A DNA stretch of 64,000 bases from an uncultured Thermoplasmatales archaeon (GTDB lineage Archaea > Thermoplasmatota > E2 > DHVEG-1): NCBI GenBank assembly GCA_964410735.1, contig CAYPIF010000052.1, positions 7,132 through 71,131 of the forward strand, written 5' to 3'. Position numbers and translations under genes: made by a program. Shown here in pieces: positions 1 through 10,266 of this stretch (position 1 is its first letter; each line of letters begins with the position of its first letter). Under the pieces are notes generated by a model, which saw only the letters and a program-made list of their open reading frames with translations, made no database searches and was not told the origin of the DNA.

Positions 1-1453
1 CCTCAGGACGTTTTTTCAATGTTTCATTTATCCATATCGTTTCAAAATCTTGAATTTCAAAATCATCGATATTCTTAGGGAGGTAACCTTCGTTCTCTAC
101 TAATACCTCGATTTCACCTGCTGCAATGTTAATGGTGAAAAATCCATCAAGGCCAGTTGTTGTCTGATTTTCATATCGTTCCCATCTGCTCCCCCACTCT
201 GTTGTTATGACACATTGAGGGATTGGTTGCCCAGTTTCGCTATCTCGAATGTACCCACAAATGCGAGCATCTTCATTAGAATGTCTTTCCAAGGAAAGGT
301 TTAACCAAACATCTTGACTTTCATTGACGATAAAACCATCGGACCGTTGAGTGAGGTATCCTATCTTTTCTACAAAAACAACCTTTTGACCCGGGTCAAC
401 ATTGAATGAGTAAAACCCGACGTTATCTGTATTTGTGGTATTGCGCGGTCCATCCCAATGATCGCCGGAAAGTATCTCAACTGTCGCATCGATGATAGGT
501 CCCCCGTTTGAAGCATCTGTGATGTATCCCATGACCTGCTGGCTTCCAAAGTTGGTTTGTTTTATTGTCGATTCTTCTTGTTCATCTGTTGGAATGTTGA
601 TGAGGGGGAACTCTCCTTCATAATTATCGAAAATTGTTGGATGTTGTCGAATGGCCCGTGGTTGTGCATAATAAAATGCCTCTTCAGCGGAAATAATGCC
701 ATCACCATTTGCATCACCATAGCCTTTCAAAGCATCGATCAAAAGAGGGGCGAATCCACCGGAGTAAGATACTTCATCCTCTCGTGATGCCATAAGAACA
801 ACTCGTCCTTGAGCACTCACTTCTTCTCCAAAACCTTGGATCCATTTGATCTGAGCTGCTGTTGTATCATGCTTTTGTGTTGAAGCTGTTCCTTGGTCCC
901 AATCTGGGGGATCATTAAAACCACCAGCATAGCAGGTATCAACGATCATGCATACACCTTGTGATTCCAGACGATTCAACATGAAGTTTATCTCATCATC
1001 CCAGATGATATTTGTGGGATATGCAAAACCCCAGAAGCTCATTATCGCTTCATCGGTGCCGTCTGCTTCGTCAAATGGTGGGATGTCATATCCTAATGGG
1101 AACCCATGGGTTGTAATATAGAACAAGGACATGTCATTACTATCTTCTTGGTCATCAAGCCATTTTAATCCTTCGAGTATATTCGTGACGGTCGCGTCCT
1201 CACCTTTGATGATTTTGATATTTTCCTCTTTCCATTGTGGGGATGTAAGCAATAGGTCGTGGAATCCGTCCAATTCATCGAACATCATCGGTCTGTTTTG
1301 ATTTGGATTATCGGCGTACACGGCAACTGCTACGAGAAGAGCATAAAATTCAGAATCATTAACACTTAAATCTGTTTCATTTGTTATGGAACCAACATTG
1401 AGTGGGTTTGTTAAAAAAAATAATAATATGGTACAAATAAGCATTGTTCTCAT
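1..1453 (-). CDS. Secreted caspase-like (peptidase C14 / metacaspase-like) protein with C-terminal carboxypeptidase-regulatory-like repeats; 3' end runs off the window
   Basis: Absent from the ORF track. Manual translation from ATG 1453 gives MRTMLICTILLFFL (signal peptide)...FYALLVAV...LFYITTHG...DEADGTDE...VCMIVDTCYAGGF (His-Gly and Asp-x-Cys dyad motifs), then GYITDASNGGPI / GYIRDSETGQPI-type beta repeats. Confidence 0.8.
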   Translation of the reverse strand, partial: MRTMLICTILLFFLTNPLNVGSITNETDLSVNDSEFYALLVAVAVYADNPNQNRPMMFDELDGFHDLLLTSPQWKEENIKIIKGEDATVTNILEGLKWLDDQEDSNDMSLFYITTHGFPLGYDIPPFDEADGTDEAIMSFWGFAYPTNIIWDDEINFMLNRLESQGVCMIVDTCYAGGFNDPPDWDQGTASTQKHDTTAAQIKWIQGFGEEVSAQGRVVLMASREDEVSYSGGFAPLLIDALKGYGDANGDGIISAEEAFYYAQPRAIRQHPTIFDNYEGEFPLINIPTDEQEESTIKQTNFGSQQVMGYITDASNGGPIIDATVEILSGDHWDGPRNTTNTDNVGFYSFNVDPGQKVVFVEKIGYLTQRSDGFIVNESQDVWLNLSLERHSNEDARICGYIRDSETGQPIPQCVITTEWGSRWERYENQTTTGLDGFFTINIAAGEIEVLVENEGYLPKNIDDFEIQDFETIWINETLKKRPE

Positions 1454-1692
1454 AGTGTATTCCCCTTTGTTAATTATGTAAAGAATGATATAATATTTAA
1501 AACTGGGTGTTGTTTATCCGTCAGTATGGTGATAAAATTCAAAGTGGGCGGGTTGTTTTCGACATTATGACGAATTTTTTAGGAAAATTCTGTTTGTTAC
1601 TATAATTTTGACGAATTTTTATACAATGCTATTTTATTATATTGAAAGTCTCTATAGCTATAATGGAGTGAAAATAAGGGGATAAAAACAAG

Positions 1693-3169
1693 ATGAGAAA
1701 CAGTGTGGTAAGTATAGGTATTGTTGCATTGTTACTTTTTTCAACAATAGGATTGAATGCAGTTTCTTCAACAATGAATGTCACTGATGATTTCGACCCA
1801 CTTGTCGACCTTGAGATCACAGTGAATATACTAAAGATCCGGTCATTGGAAAAGAAGGATCTACAAGTGTATACGGAAGAGATAATCGATGAACATAGTG
1901 ACCCGGATTTCTATATGAAAGTAATGATAAATGATCAGGATTCACAGGCCCTTGTGTATGATAATACAAAATATGTTTATGAACCGGATTGGACGGTAAC
2001 GGCCAACGTCCCTGATGATACTGGATTCGTTGATATACGAATTCAACTCTGGGATCAGGCAGACAATGGTGATACTTAGGATAGATTATGTGATATTAGC
2101 CCAGATCTAGACACATATGATGTTGAACTCACTTATTCACTTGCAACAGGTCATTGGACCGGAGATGATACTGTAGGTGATCAAAGTGGTTATGGTCGTT
2201 TGAATGGCTGTGATGATAGAACGATATATGAACCAGACTTGGATTGTGAACTCTGGTTTGAAATCTCCCAGAATGATGGAGATGGAGACGGAATACCGTA
2301 TTGGACCGAGCTCACTGTGTATGACACAGACCCATTAACAAATGATTCACTATTAGACCAAGATGAGGATGGAATTCCGACATCCTGGGAATGGAAATGG
2401 AATTATGATCCAACAACCTGGGAAAATCACAGTGCTATAGACACTGAGATCGATGGAATAGATAATTATGAGGAATATTTAACATCTCAATGGTTTTCTG
2501 ATCCCTATAGAAGAGATCTTTTTGTTGAACTGGACCAAATGCAAGATGGGCCAAACGGTGAACAAGCAAGACGTCCTGAAGGATCAAAAGAGATACTTTA
2601 TACAGCATATGACCGGCAGAATGTCGTGTATCATCTTGATGATGGGCCATGGGGTGAAGGATCAGGTGCTGATATGATACCATTTGATGAGTGCCCTGAA
2701 TGTTCCTGGGGTGGGGACGCAGATGAACTTGATCAGATATATCTGGACTATTTCATTAAGGATGCCGAGAGCGCGTGGAGACGTGGGGTGTTTCATTATG
2801 GTGTAGTTATCTATCAAAGTTCACTGGTCAATGGAAATATGTTTGGATCTAACAGATACCAGGTTTCCGCTAACGGTATGGAATGGAAAAACACAGCAAT
2901 TCCCCTGGCTTGAACGTGATACGGTCTATGCAAGTGAGCATATGCATGAGATGGGTCATACGTTGAACTTTAGACCGATCCCAGGTCATAACACCTTTAG
3001 CTATTATCCATGGCAACTTGGATGGTGGCTCAGTCGACCTTATAAAAGTTGTATGAACTATGGATACATGTATTACACAGTCGATTATTCCGATGGTTCT
3101 CGACCATTTGGCGATTACGATGACTGGGAGCGAATGGATATGACCTACTTCCAAAGAGCCGATTGGTAG
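1693..3169 (+). pseudogene. Secreted acidic Ca-binding / zinc-metalloprotease-like protein interrupted by one in-frame TAG and one frameshift
   Basis: ORFs 1693-2079 and 2200-2913 share a frame, and the gap reads cleanly (GDT*DRLCDISPD...GYGRLNGCDD). A frameshift near 2885 leads into 2831-3169, which has HEMGH (HExxH) and SCMNY. Signal peptide and DxDGDG repeats are present. Confidence 0.7.
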
Positions 3170-3212
3170 AACTGATACAGAAAAAAATGACCCTGTATTT
3201 CAGATGAATGAC

Positions 3213-4196
3213 CTATTTACCTTCATAGGTTGATTTGAAATCACAGTGGTCACACCATATTTTTCCATTAAAGAATTTTAAAGGATGGCTACAGTTAGGA
3301 CATGTTGCTTTCTCTAGAAAATGCTCTACCCATATATCTCGGACTTGTGGGACTGATTCGTTCTTTATCTTTGCTAGCATTGTTTGTAATTGTGGTGTTG
3401 TTGCCAAGCGTTCAAGATTGATATAGTTGATGAAGCGGGACTTATCCTCATAGTACATGGGTGTTATCGGTCGGCCAGTTGACTGATTGATCCCGGCCAT
3501 TGTTGGTTTGTTTCTCCCTAAAATGATTGCTGCGATTACCACACCACTTATCAGACCACCAATATGAGCAAAGTGAGCGGTGTTATCTTGTGAGCCGATG
3601 AGAACAATGATTGTTTCCATTACAGCGAAGATAAGAACTGCGTAGACGACCTTTATCCTTCGGATGATCATGATGAAACCAAGAGGTATAGGCATGACCA
3701 CCTCATCATTGGGATAGGAATATGCAAAGGCACCCATGATGCCAAAGATCGCGCCTGATGCACCAACCAGTGGTATAGGTGATCCAAGATTGAGTACTGC
3801 ATGGGTAAGACTTCCGCAAATACCTGTTATAAGATAAATTGGTAGGAATTTCCTCCATCCTATTCGCTGTTCAAATGCCATACCTATGAAGAAAAAGACG
3901 AGCATATTGCCAAGAATATGGAGAAAATCACTATGGACAAACATGGACGTAAAGAGTGTATACAGCTGAGGAGTGTATGCAAACTCAAGATAGATCGGAC
4001 GGAAACCAAGCGTTAAAACGACCTGAGGATATATGAAAGATACAACGAACACAATGAAATTCGTAAGAATTAGAGCATAGGTTATCAACCATTTTTTAAG
4101 ATATGATACAACCATTGTTGCGATTATTAGTATGATACAAATGAGTGAGACCATTTCTAAGGGTAGTATCACTAAGTCCATTTTCGTTTTCTCCAA
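3213..4196 (-). CDS. Rhomboid-family intramembrane serine protease with C-terminal zinc ribbon
   Basis: HILGNM, GASG (catalytic Ser) and AHIGG (catalytic His); multiple TM segments; C-terminal CPNC...CDHC. The start may be ATG 4181. Confidence 0.92.
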   Translation of the reverse strand: MEKTKMDLVILPLEMVSLICIILIIATMVVSYLKKWLITYALILTNFIVFVVSFIYPQVVLTLGFRPIYLEFAYTPQLYTLFTSMFVHSDFLHILGNMLVFFFIGMAFEQRIGWRKFLPIYLITGICGSLTHAVLNLGSPIPLVGASGAIFGIMGAFAYSYPNDEVVMPIPLGFIMIIRRIKVVYAVLIFAVMETIIVLIGSQDNTAHFAHIGGLISGVVIAAIILGRNKPTMAGINQSTGRPITPMYYEDKSRFINYINLERLATTPQLQTMLAKIKNESVPQVRDIWVEHFLEKATCPNCSHPLKFFNGKIWCDHCDFKSTYEGK

Positions 4197-7100
4197 TCCC
4201 TTGCGATCACTGCAAAGGTCATGGTGAATACGCTTACGATATAAATAGTGTTTTTAGATTCTTCATTTTCATTCATTCTCGATATGCTCTCGAAGGATGT
4301 TTCATTGAGGTTCCAGTCAAAAAAGAACACGTCCGCATAATAGGATGCAATTTCTTCACAGGTGACTATGATACCTGCTTCCCTGTTGTTCATAAATGAG
4401 TTCTCATTCCAATTTATGCTTGAGATCAATACTGATGAATTATCTATGACCATGCCTTTGTTGTGTAGATTGCTGAAGATCGACCAGTTCGTATAGAGGA
4501 ATTGAATCTGTGCCCCATATTCTTCAAGGTATTGTTTTGTCTGGTTGCATTCCTCGTTGCTCGGTTCGTATAAGGGATTATAGTTCATGAGAATTCGAAT
4601 GTCGAGGCCTTGTCGGGCTTTTTCAGCTAATTTCTGTACAAGGGGACTTGTCTGCTCATCCCAATCCCTGTATATGTAGAGTTGTTCGATGTAAATGCTT
4701 TTTTCAGCGCTCTCGATCATTCGTAGGATGCCTTCAAGACTTGTATCTGGTGAAAAAACAGGTGTGATCGTGCAGATGCCCGTGTATGTCATAGGACTGA
4801 ACTGAGGAATGTATTCTCCATAGTACACATTCTTTTGAATATAAGAGATACTTGGTATCTCTACATCAAGTTCATCAAAACTGATACTGTCCACTCTTTC
4901 AGGGTTCCAGTCATCCTCAAACACTGACGAGATATAGTTTGCCACCTCTTTATTTTCAATGACGATACCCCATTCACGGTTACCATATGTTGGATTGAAT
5001 GGTACGCCGGTGTTTACCCAGTTGCAACTTTCGGCAATGACCGTTTGATCATCAATGATGAGGTATTTAGCATGATCAAAAGGATATCGTGCGTAGGCAT
5101 CATTTGAAGTGTTTTGTGCGATGAACCGTATTGTTGCACCATATGTGTTGAGTCTGTTGAGAAGGACGAGTTCCTCCTCCGGAATACCGCCTATTGGTGA
5201 TCCTTCAAGAAAGATTCGGACGCTGACGTTCTGTTTTAACGCATCAATAAGAAGATCGCAGAGGAAGGGACTTGTGAATTCATAGATGTTAAATGAGATG
5301 GATGTTGTTGCATTTTGAACATATTGCTCTATGACATTGTAACTGCAATCAGGTGAGATGAAGGTGGTGATGGTTGAGTTTCCTGTAAATGACTGAAGGG
5401 GGAACCGTGATTGACCGATACCATACCGGCGGAGGGTTACCCAATCATCCAACCTATTCGTATCTATTGGAAAAGAACCGATCTCGTTTCGTTTTAAGAT
5501 ATCGCCACAGCTTGACGATGGTACTGGGGATCCGTTCCATCCTTCAACTTTCTCATTGGTACCTCCATACAGTACGATGTCAATGGTATGGTTGTAGTAA
5601 TCTTTTAATGCAACGGCCCCACCAGTGTTGCTCAGTGTTACGGTAGAAGTATAGTAGAGTTGCGGTACCGATGGTAGAGAATCATCAAGGTATTCATAGT
5701 CGGGAAGAAAACCTGTTTCTCGTTTGAATGCGGTAGCATTCTGGGTTATCGTCAATGTTTCAAATGCGTTGATGGTCGTGTTATCGGGGAAATAAAGTTT
5801 CTGTTGGTCCTCTCGAGATTTCCATGGTTTTGTTGTAAGATACCATCCAGAGATGTCAATGGAACTGTTCGTGGGATTGGAAATCGTGACATATTCATTT
5901 TGAATACCTGAACGAGCATAGTAATAGACCTCAGAGATGAGGAGTGATGTTTCTGCAGCAAGGGGTTGAGTGTCAAAAAGATAAATCGTTGTTTCAAGCT
6001 GGTTATTGAACTCATCGGTCTCTGTGATCTTGTTGTCATGATCTGCGATGACATAGATGGTGTGTTTCCCTGGTGGGATGTTATGGGTGTCCCAGATGAT
6101 CGATGGGTATTTCTGGTAGGTTGAAACAATATCGTAGTATTTCGTTCCGATCAGATGATCATTGTCAAGCGTATCATAGAAAAAAGAGGCATACACGTTG
6201 GTAGCGTTTTCGGTTCCTTGGTTTTTGAGATATGCTTTTATCCGAACTGATTGCCCTTCGTATGCGGATGTGGTTTCATTATCGGTTTCATCATAGCAGA
6301 GTATCTTTTTTATGGTGAGATCTGGTCCTATCAGTTTGCAATAAAATGTACGTTTTTCTAGGATATTTTTGTCCTTTTGAGATGATGCAGTGACCGTTAT
6401 TTGTTCGTTTAGATATTGTTGTTGGGGGTGGGTGGGTGGTTTTATGGTTAGAAGGATCGTTTGATTTGTTTTTTTATCAAGTTTTATCTCTGTTTTTTCT
6501 AATCGAGTGGACCAGTGGTTACCAAGTGTTTCCATTTGTAAGGTTATTGTATCAATGAAATCTCCTGTATTTGTAAGGCTCAAAGGTATGGTTACTTGTT
6601 CTTTTGGGTGAAGTTGAAATGAGGTTTCAGGTGATGACATGGAGAGAAGATACCGTCCTTGTTCTATTGTGATATTGTTTATTGTTTCAATGGGGGACAT
6701 TGTTTCATCATAGATTATGAGATGATAGTTCGACCCGGTTGGTGCAGTGATACGTATGTATCCATCCTCTGTGCAGATGTCCTCATTTATGTTGTTGTTC
6801 TCTGTTCTGTATATTCCAAGGTTTGAATCGTTTTGGTTTTTTAGGATGATGATATGGTTTGGAAATGATGAGGTCGATGTGATGTATCCTCCTTTTGTCG
6901 CGTTTGTCGTGGAGTTATCCAAGTCTAAAAGTTGAACGGTTTTTGAAAAATGATCAATGTACTCATTTTTTCTTACTTTTATATTAATGAGGCAGGTTGA
7001 GTTGTCCTTGATGGAATCTTCATATGCAAGATACCCTGTGTTGAATCGTAAAGCGATCCATCCCATCCATTGTCCGTTCTCATCTGTTGTTATGTTCAGT

Positions 7101-7951
7101 GAGTACCTATCACTGTAGATCCAGGTTGATCCATTCCATGTCTGACTTGCTGGATAGGTTGTTTGTTCTTCACCAGTGATATATGTTTTCAGTTCATAGG
7201 TTGTGTCTTCCGTATAATTCTGTATCTGTAGTTTTATCAGAAATGGCAGACTGTAGTCTTCATTTTCATATGCTTTTGGGATATAATCTGGACAGGTGAG
7301 GATATGGATCGATCCTTTTTCTACAAAGATATTTTTTTCTCCTGGTGTTGGCTGTAATCCCTCATAGAAATCGATGCTAGTGTTATCCAGGTCTGTTGAG
7401 TTGTACCGGCACAGGCTATGTCCTTCTAAAACAAGAGAAATGGGGTTCCCAGGTATCAATGGGTTATCAACTCCCCATTCCACAGAATCTATGACAAAAG
7501 ATGATTCGTTGATGATCTGGATGAAATCCTCGTTGTTACCTAAACCGTTACCTATACTTTTATCATCAACTGATACTCGGAGAATATGAGAACTATTTGA
7601 AAGGTTTTGGTAGATTTCTGTGTCTTGATCGGTGATAAGGGTATAGGAATATGGTTGAAGTATCATACTATTGTTTTCCAATGGGTCATAGGGTTGGAGT
7701 GTATCTGTTGCCGTGTTATCGGTGATACTCCAGTTTGATAGATTGAACGTTATGTTTGTTGGATTGTATAGTTCGATCCATTCATATGTTGAATCATCGT
7801 TACTTGGGTCGTACATGATCTCATTGATGAGGATATGATCCGTATCTAAAGCCACAGCATTTAAAGATAAAAAATATAAAAGTATTAAGATAAATAAAAA
7901 ATTGTAGATGATACACTTGTGGTTCTGATTTGGCATAGAGAATTCCCCCAT
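4172..7951 (-). CDS. Large secreted phospholipase D-family protein with lamin-tail domains, a CARDB/Ig-like domain and a C-terminal TM anchor
   Basis: Signal peptide; LINEIMYDP...EWIELYNPT and LLISEVYY...EYVTISNPT (lamin-tail domains); PDLTI...ETDEFNN (CARDB); two HKD motifs HAKYLIID and HNKGMVID; hydrophobic tail followed by RDWRKRK. Confidence 0.88.
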   Translation of the reverse strand: MGEFSMPNQNHKCIIYNFLFILILLYFLSLNAVALDTDHILINEIMYDPSNDDSTYEWIELYNPTNITFNLSNWSITDNTATDTLQPYDPLENNSMILQPYSYTLITDQDTEIYQNLSNSSHILRVSVDDKSIGNGLGNNEDFIQIINESSFVIDSVEWGVDNPLIPGNPISLVLEGHSLCRYNSTDLDNTSIDFYEGLQPTPGEKNIFVEKGSIHILTCPDYIPKAYENEDYSLPFLIKLQIQNYTEDTTYELKTYITGEEQTTYPASQTWNGSTWIYSDRYSLNITTDENGQWMGWIALRFNTGYLAYEDSIKDNSTCLINIKVRKNEYIDHFSKTVQLLDLDNSTTNATKGGYITSTSSFPNHIIILKNQNDSNLGIYRTENNNINEDICTEDGYIRITAPTGSNYHLIIYDETMSPIETINNITIEQGRYLLSMSSPETSFQLHPKEQVTIPLSLTNTGDFIDTITLQMETLGNHWSTRLEKTEIKLDKKTNQTILLTIKPPTHPQQQYLNEQITVTASSQKDKNILEKRTFYCKLIGPDLTIKKILCYDETDNETTSAYEGQSVRIKAYLKNQGTENATNVYASFFYDTLDNDHLIGTKYYDIVSTYQKYPSIIWDTHNIPPGKHTIYVIADHDNKITETDEFNNQLETTIYLFDTQPLAAETSLLISEVYYYARSGIQNEYVTISNPTNSSIDISGWYLTTKPWKSREDQQKLYFPDNTTINAFETLTITQNATAFKRETGFLPDYEYLDDSLPSVPQLYYTSTVTLSNTGGAVALKDYYNHTIDIVLYGGTNEKVEGWNGSPVPSSSCGDILKRNEIGSFPIDTNRLDDWVTLRRYGIGQSRFPLQSFTGNSTITTFISPDCSYNVIEQYVQNATTSISFNIYEFTSPFLCDLLIDALKQNVSVRIFLEGSPIGGIPEEELVLLNRLNTYGATIRFIAQNTSNDAYARYPFDHAKYLIIDDQTVIAESCNWVNTGVPFNPTYGNREWGIVIENKEVANYISSVFEDDWNPERVDSISFDELDVEIPSISYIQKNVYYGEYIPQFSPMTYTGICTITPVFSPDTSLEGILRMIESAEKSIYIEQLYIYRDWDEQTSPLVQKLAEKARQGLDIRILMNYNPLYEPSNEECNQTKQYLEEYGAQIQFLYTNWSIFSNLHNKGMVIDNSSVLISSINWNENSFMNNREAGIIVTCEEIASYYADVFFFDWNLNETSFESISRMNENEESKNTIYIVSVFTMTFAVIARDWRKRKWT

Positions 7952-7962
7952 ATTTTAATGAG

Positions 7963-8033
7963 AGGGCGAGGAGGGATTTGAACCCCCGTATGCGGATCTG
8001 CAGTCCGCCACATAGCCACTTTGTTACTCGCCC
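7963..8033 (-). tRNA. tRNA-Cys(GCA)
   Basis: The reverse complement GGGCGAG...GCGGA-CTGCAGA-TCCGC...GTTCAAATC...CTCGCCCT folds as a cloverleaf with a U discriminator; no intron. Confidence 0.95.
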
Positions 8034-8250
8034 ATTTCTGACAAAACAACCTCACGGGATAAGGTATTTTGTAGAAGCTGTGAATTCATTTGTTGGATTT
8101 AATGATTTTGGTGATTCCTGTGTTAAAAGGTGAAAAATATTCATTGATATCCAGCAATGTATCTGGAAAGTATAAGAGGCAAAAGAAGGTTTTTTAAAGA
8201 ATGAATTGAATATTAATTTGTTATTGATTAATACGTAGGGGGTAGTTTAC

Positions 8251-10230
8251 GTGTCATTAAAAAAGGCAATTGTATCAAAAAGAATGGTGGTCGTATCCTT
8301 TTATCTTGCAAGTATTTTAGCGTTCACACCGGTATTTGGGGGAAACCCCGTAAGAGAGACCGCTAGTGATCAATACATGAATGAGCACATATCGTCACTT
8401 GCTCAGACCAGTGGTGAGATCAAGGAGATAACAATTAAACAGGTCTTCTCTTATCCAACGTTTGAGGTCCATGGTGAAACGGTAGCGGTACGGGTTTATG
8501 AGACCAATTTCAATATGGTCCGAGCTGGCTACCCAGTTATCCCCGCATCCATTTCAACATTCGAACTACCATTTGGTTCCATCATACAAGATATCTTTGT
8601 AGATCATTCAGATCCTGAGACGATCCCCTTGTCAGTTACTCTTCCAATAGGTCGATATAACTATGATGCATTATTCAGTAATCAACGATCATTAAATGGT
8701 GTTGTCTCGCTTGATGAGATATATCCAGAGGATTGGGTAACCAGTCATACAGGCGGTGGCCTCTCGGGAAAAGAACACACGACATTTTTAACAGTACGTA
8801 TGTACCCAGTGAGATATGATGGAAGCTTGCATGAACTTTTGTTTGTTCATACGATTAATATAACGGTTACCTATGAAGAACCAACGATTCCATTGATACA
8901 AGAAAATGATGTGTATGATCTTCTCATTATTGCTCCTGAAAAATTCTTATCTGATCTGGAACCCTTGATGACACATAAAAATAGTCATGGTGTTAACACA
9001 AAACTAGTCTCCACTAAAACGGTCTATGATGAAATGTTCTGGAACGGGCGGGATGAACAAGAAAAGATCAAATATTTTATCAAAAACGCAATCGAGACAT
9101 GGGGGATACGTCATGTGCTCCTCGTTGGAGGTCTTGATGGGCAAACTGATCAATGGAGCTTACCGGTCAGATATAGCCAGGTTGTTCCACCTGATGAACA
9201 GGAATATGCAGAGCAATCGTTCATTTCAGATCTCTACTATGCTGATATCTATGATAGCGTCGGTGGTTTTTCCAGCTGGGATTCAAATGATGATGACCAG
9301 TTCGCTGTGTGGAATGAGGTCTACAAAGATGAGATGGATCTGTATCCTGATGTGTTTCTTGGGAGATTACCCTGTAGATCATCTCAAGAAGTCTCTATCA
9401 TGGTCGATAAGATAATCACCTATGAGACGAACACTGACACTGATGATTGGTTTTATAATTATGTTATTGTCGCAGGAGATTCATATCCTGATGAAACAGG
9501 TTTCAACGAGGGAGAGCTTATCGGCGAAAGATCAGTAGAACTCATGCCTGATTTCACACCCCTTCGTGTTTATTCATCAATCGATGATATCAATAGGAAA
9601 ACAGTCAATGATGCGATGAACCCTGGAGCCGGTTTTGCGTATTTCTGTGGCCATGGAAGCCCTGGAAGCTGGAGTACTCATTTCCCACCAGATGGATTAG
9701 AATGGACCACAGGGTACAATCTACCTGATATGATACCGTTGCATAATCAAGAGAAACTACCGATAACCGTGGTGGGCGGGTGTCATAATGGTCAATTCGA
9801 TGTAGGTCTTACTAACATGCTCAAAGGAATAAAAGAATACGGGATCATGGGGTATTTCTTCACGCAACCATTCCGTTTCTATTATAATGAATGGGTGCCG
9901 AACTGTTGGGCCTGGTGGCTCACCAGCAAATCAAATGGCGGTGCGATCGCAACCATAGCAAATACAGGACTTGGTACCCATGGTGAGGGAGATCAGGATT
10001 ACAACGGAATCGCTGATTATCTTGAGGTCCTTGATGGATGGCTTGAGTTACGTTTCCTTGAGCTTTATGGTGAACTTGATCAGGATGATCTGGGTTTAAA
10101 TCATGCTCAGACGATGACAGAGTATCTTCACATTTTTTTAGGTAGCAACGAGAAGATGGATACGAAAATGGTCCAACAATGGGAACTATTTGGGGATCCA
10201 AGTTTAAAGATTGGTGGATATTTCAAATAA
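8251..10230 (+). CDS. Peptidase C25 (gingipain-like) with N-terminal propeptide
   Basis: Signal peptide, VLLVGG, SDLYYAD, GRLP, GHGS (His), GGCHN (Cys), LFGDPSL. Confidence 0.9.
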   Translation: MSLKKAIVSKRMVVVSFYLASILAFTPVFGGNPVRETASDQYMNEHISSLAQTSGEIKEITIKQVFSYPTFEVHGETVAVRVYETNFNMVRAGYPVIPASISTFELPFGSIIQDIFVDHSDPETIPLSVTLPIGRYNYDALFSNQRSLNGVVSLDEIYPEDWVTSHTGGGLSGKEHTTFLTVRMYPVRYDGSLHELLFVHTINITVTYEEPTIPLIQENDVYDLLIIAPEKFLSDLEPLMTHKNSHGVNTKLVSTKTVYDEMFWNGRDEQEKIKYFIKNAIETWGIRHVLLVGGLDGQTDQWSLPVRYSQVVPPDEQEYAEQSFISDLYYADIYDSVGGFSSWDSNDDDQFAVWNEVYKDEMDLYPDVFLGRLPCRSSQEVSIMVDKIITYETNTDTDDWFYNYVIVAGDSYPDETGFNEGELIGERSVELMPDFTPLRVYSSIDDINRKTVNDAMNPGAGFAYFCGHGSPGSWSTHFPPDGLEWTTGYNLPDMIPLHNQEKLPITVVGGCHNGQFDVGLTNMLKGIKEYGIMGYFFTQPFRFYYNEWVPNCWAWWLTSKSNGGAIATIANTGLGTHGEGDQDYNGIADYLEVLDGWLELRFLELYGELDQDDLGLNHAQTMTEYLHIFLGSNEKMDTKMVQQWELFGDPSLKIGGYFK

Positions 10231-10266
10231 TGATGCTCTTGGATACAACGATAGAATGGATGTTCG

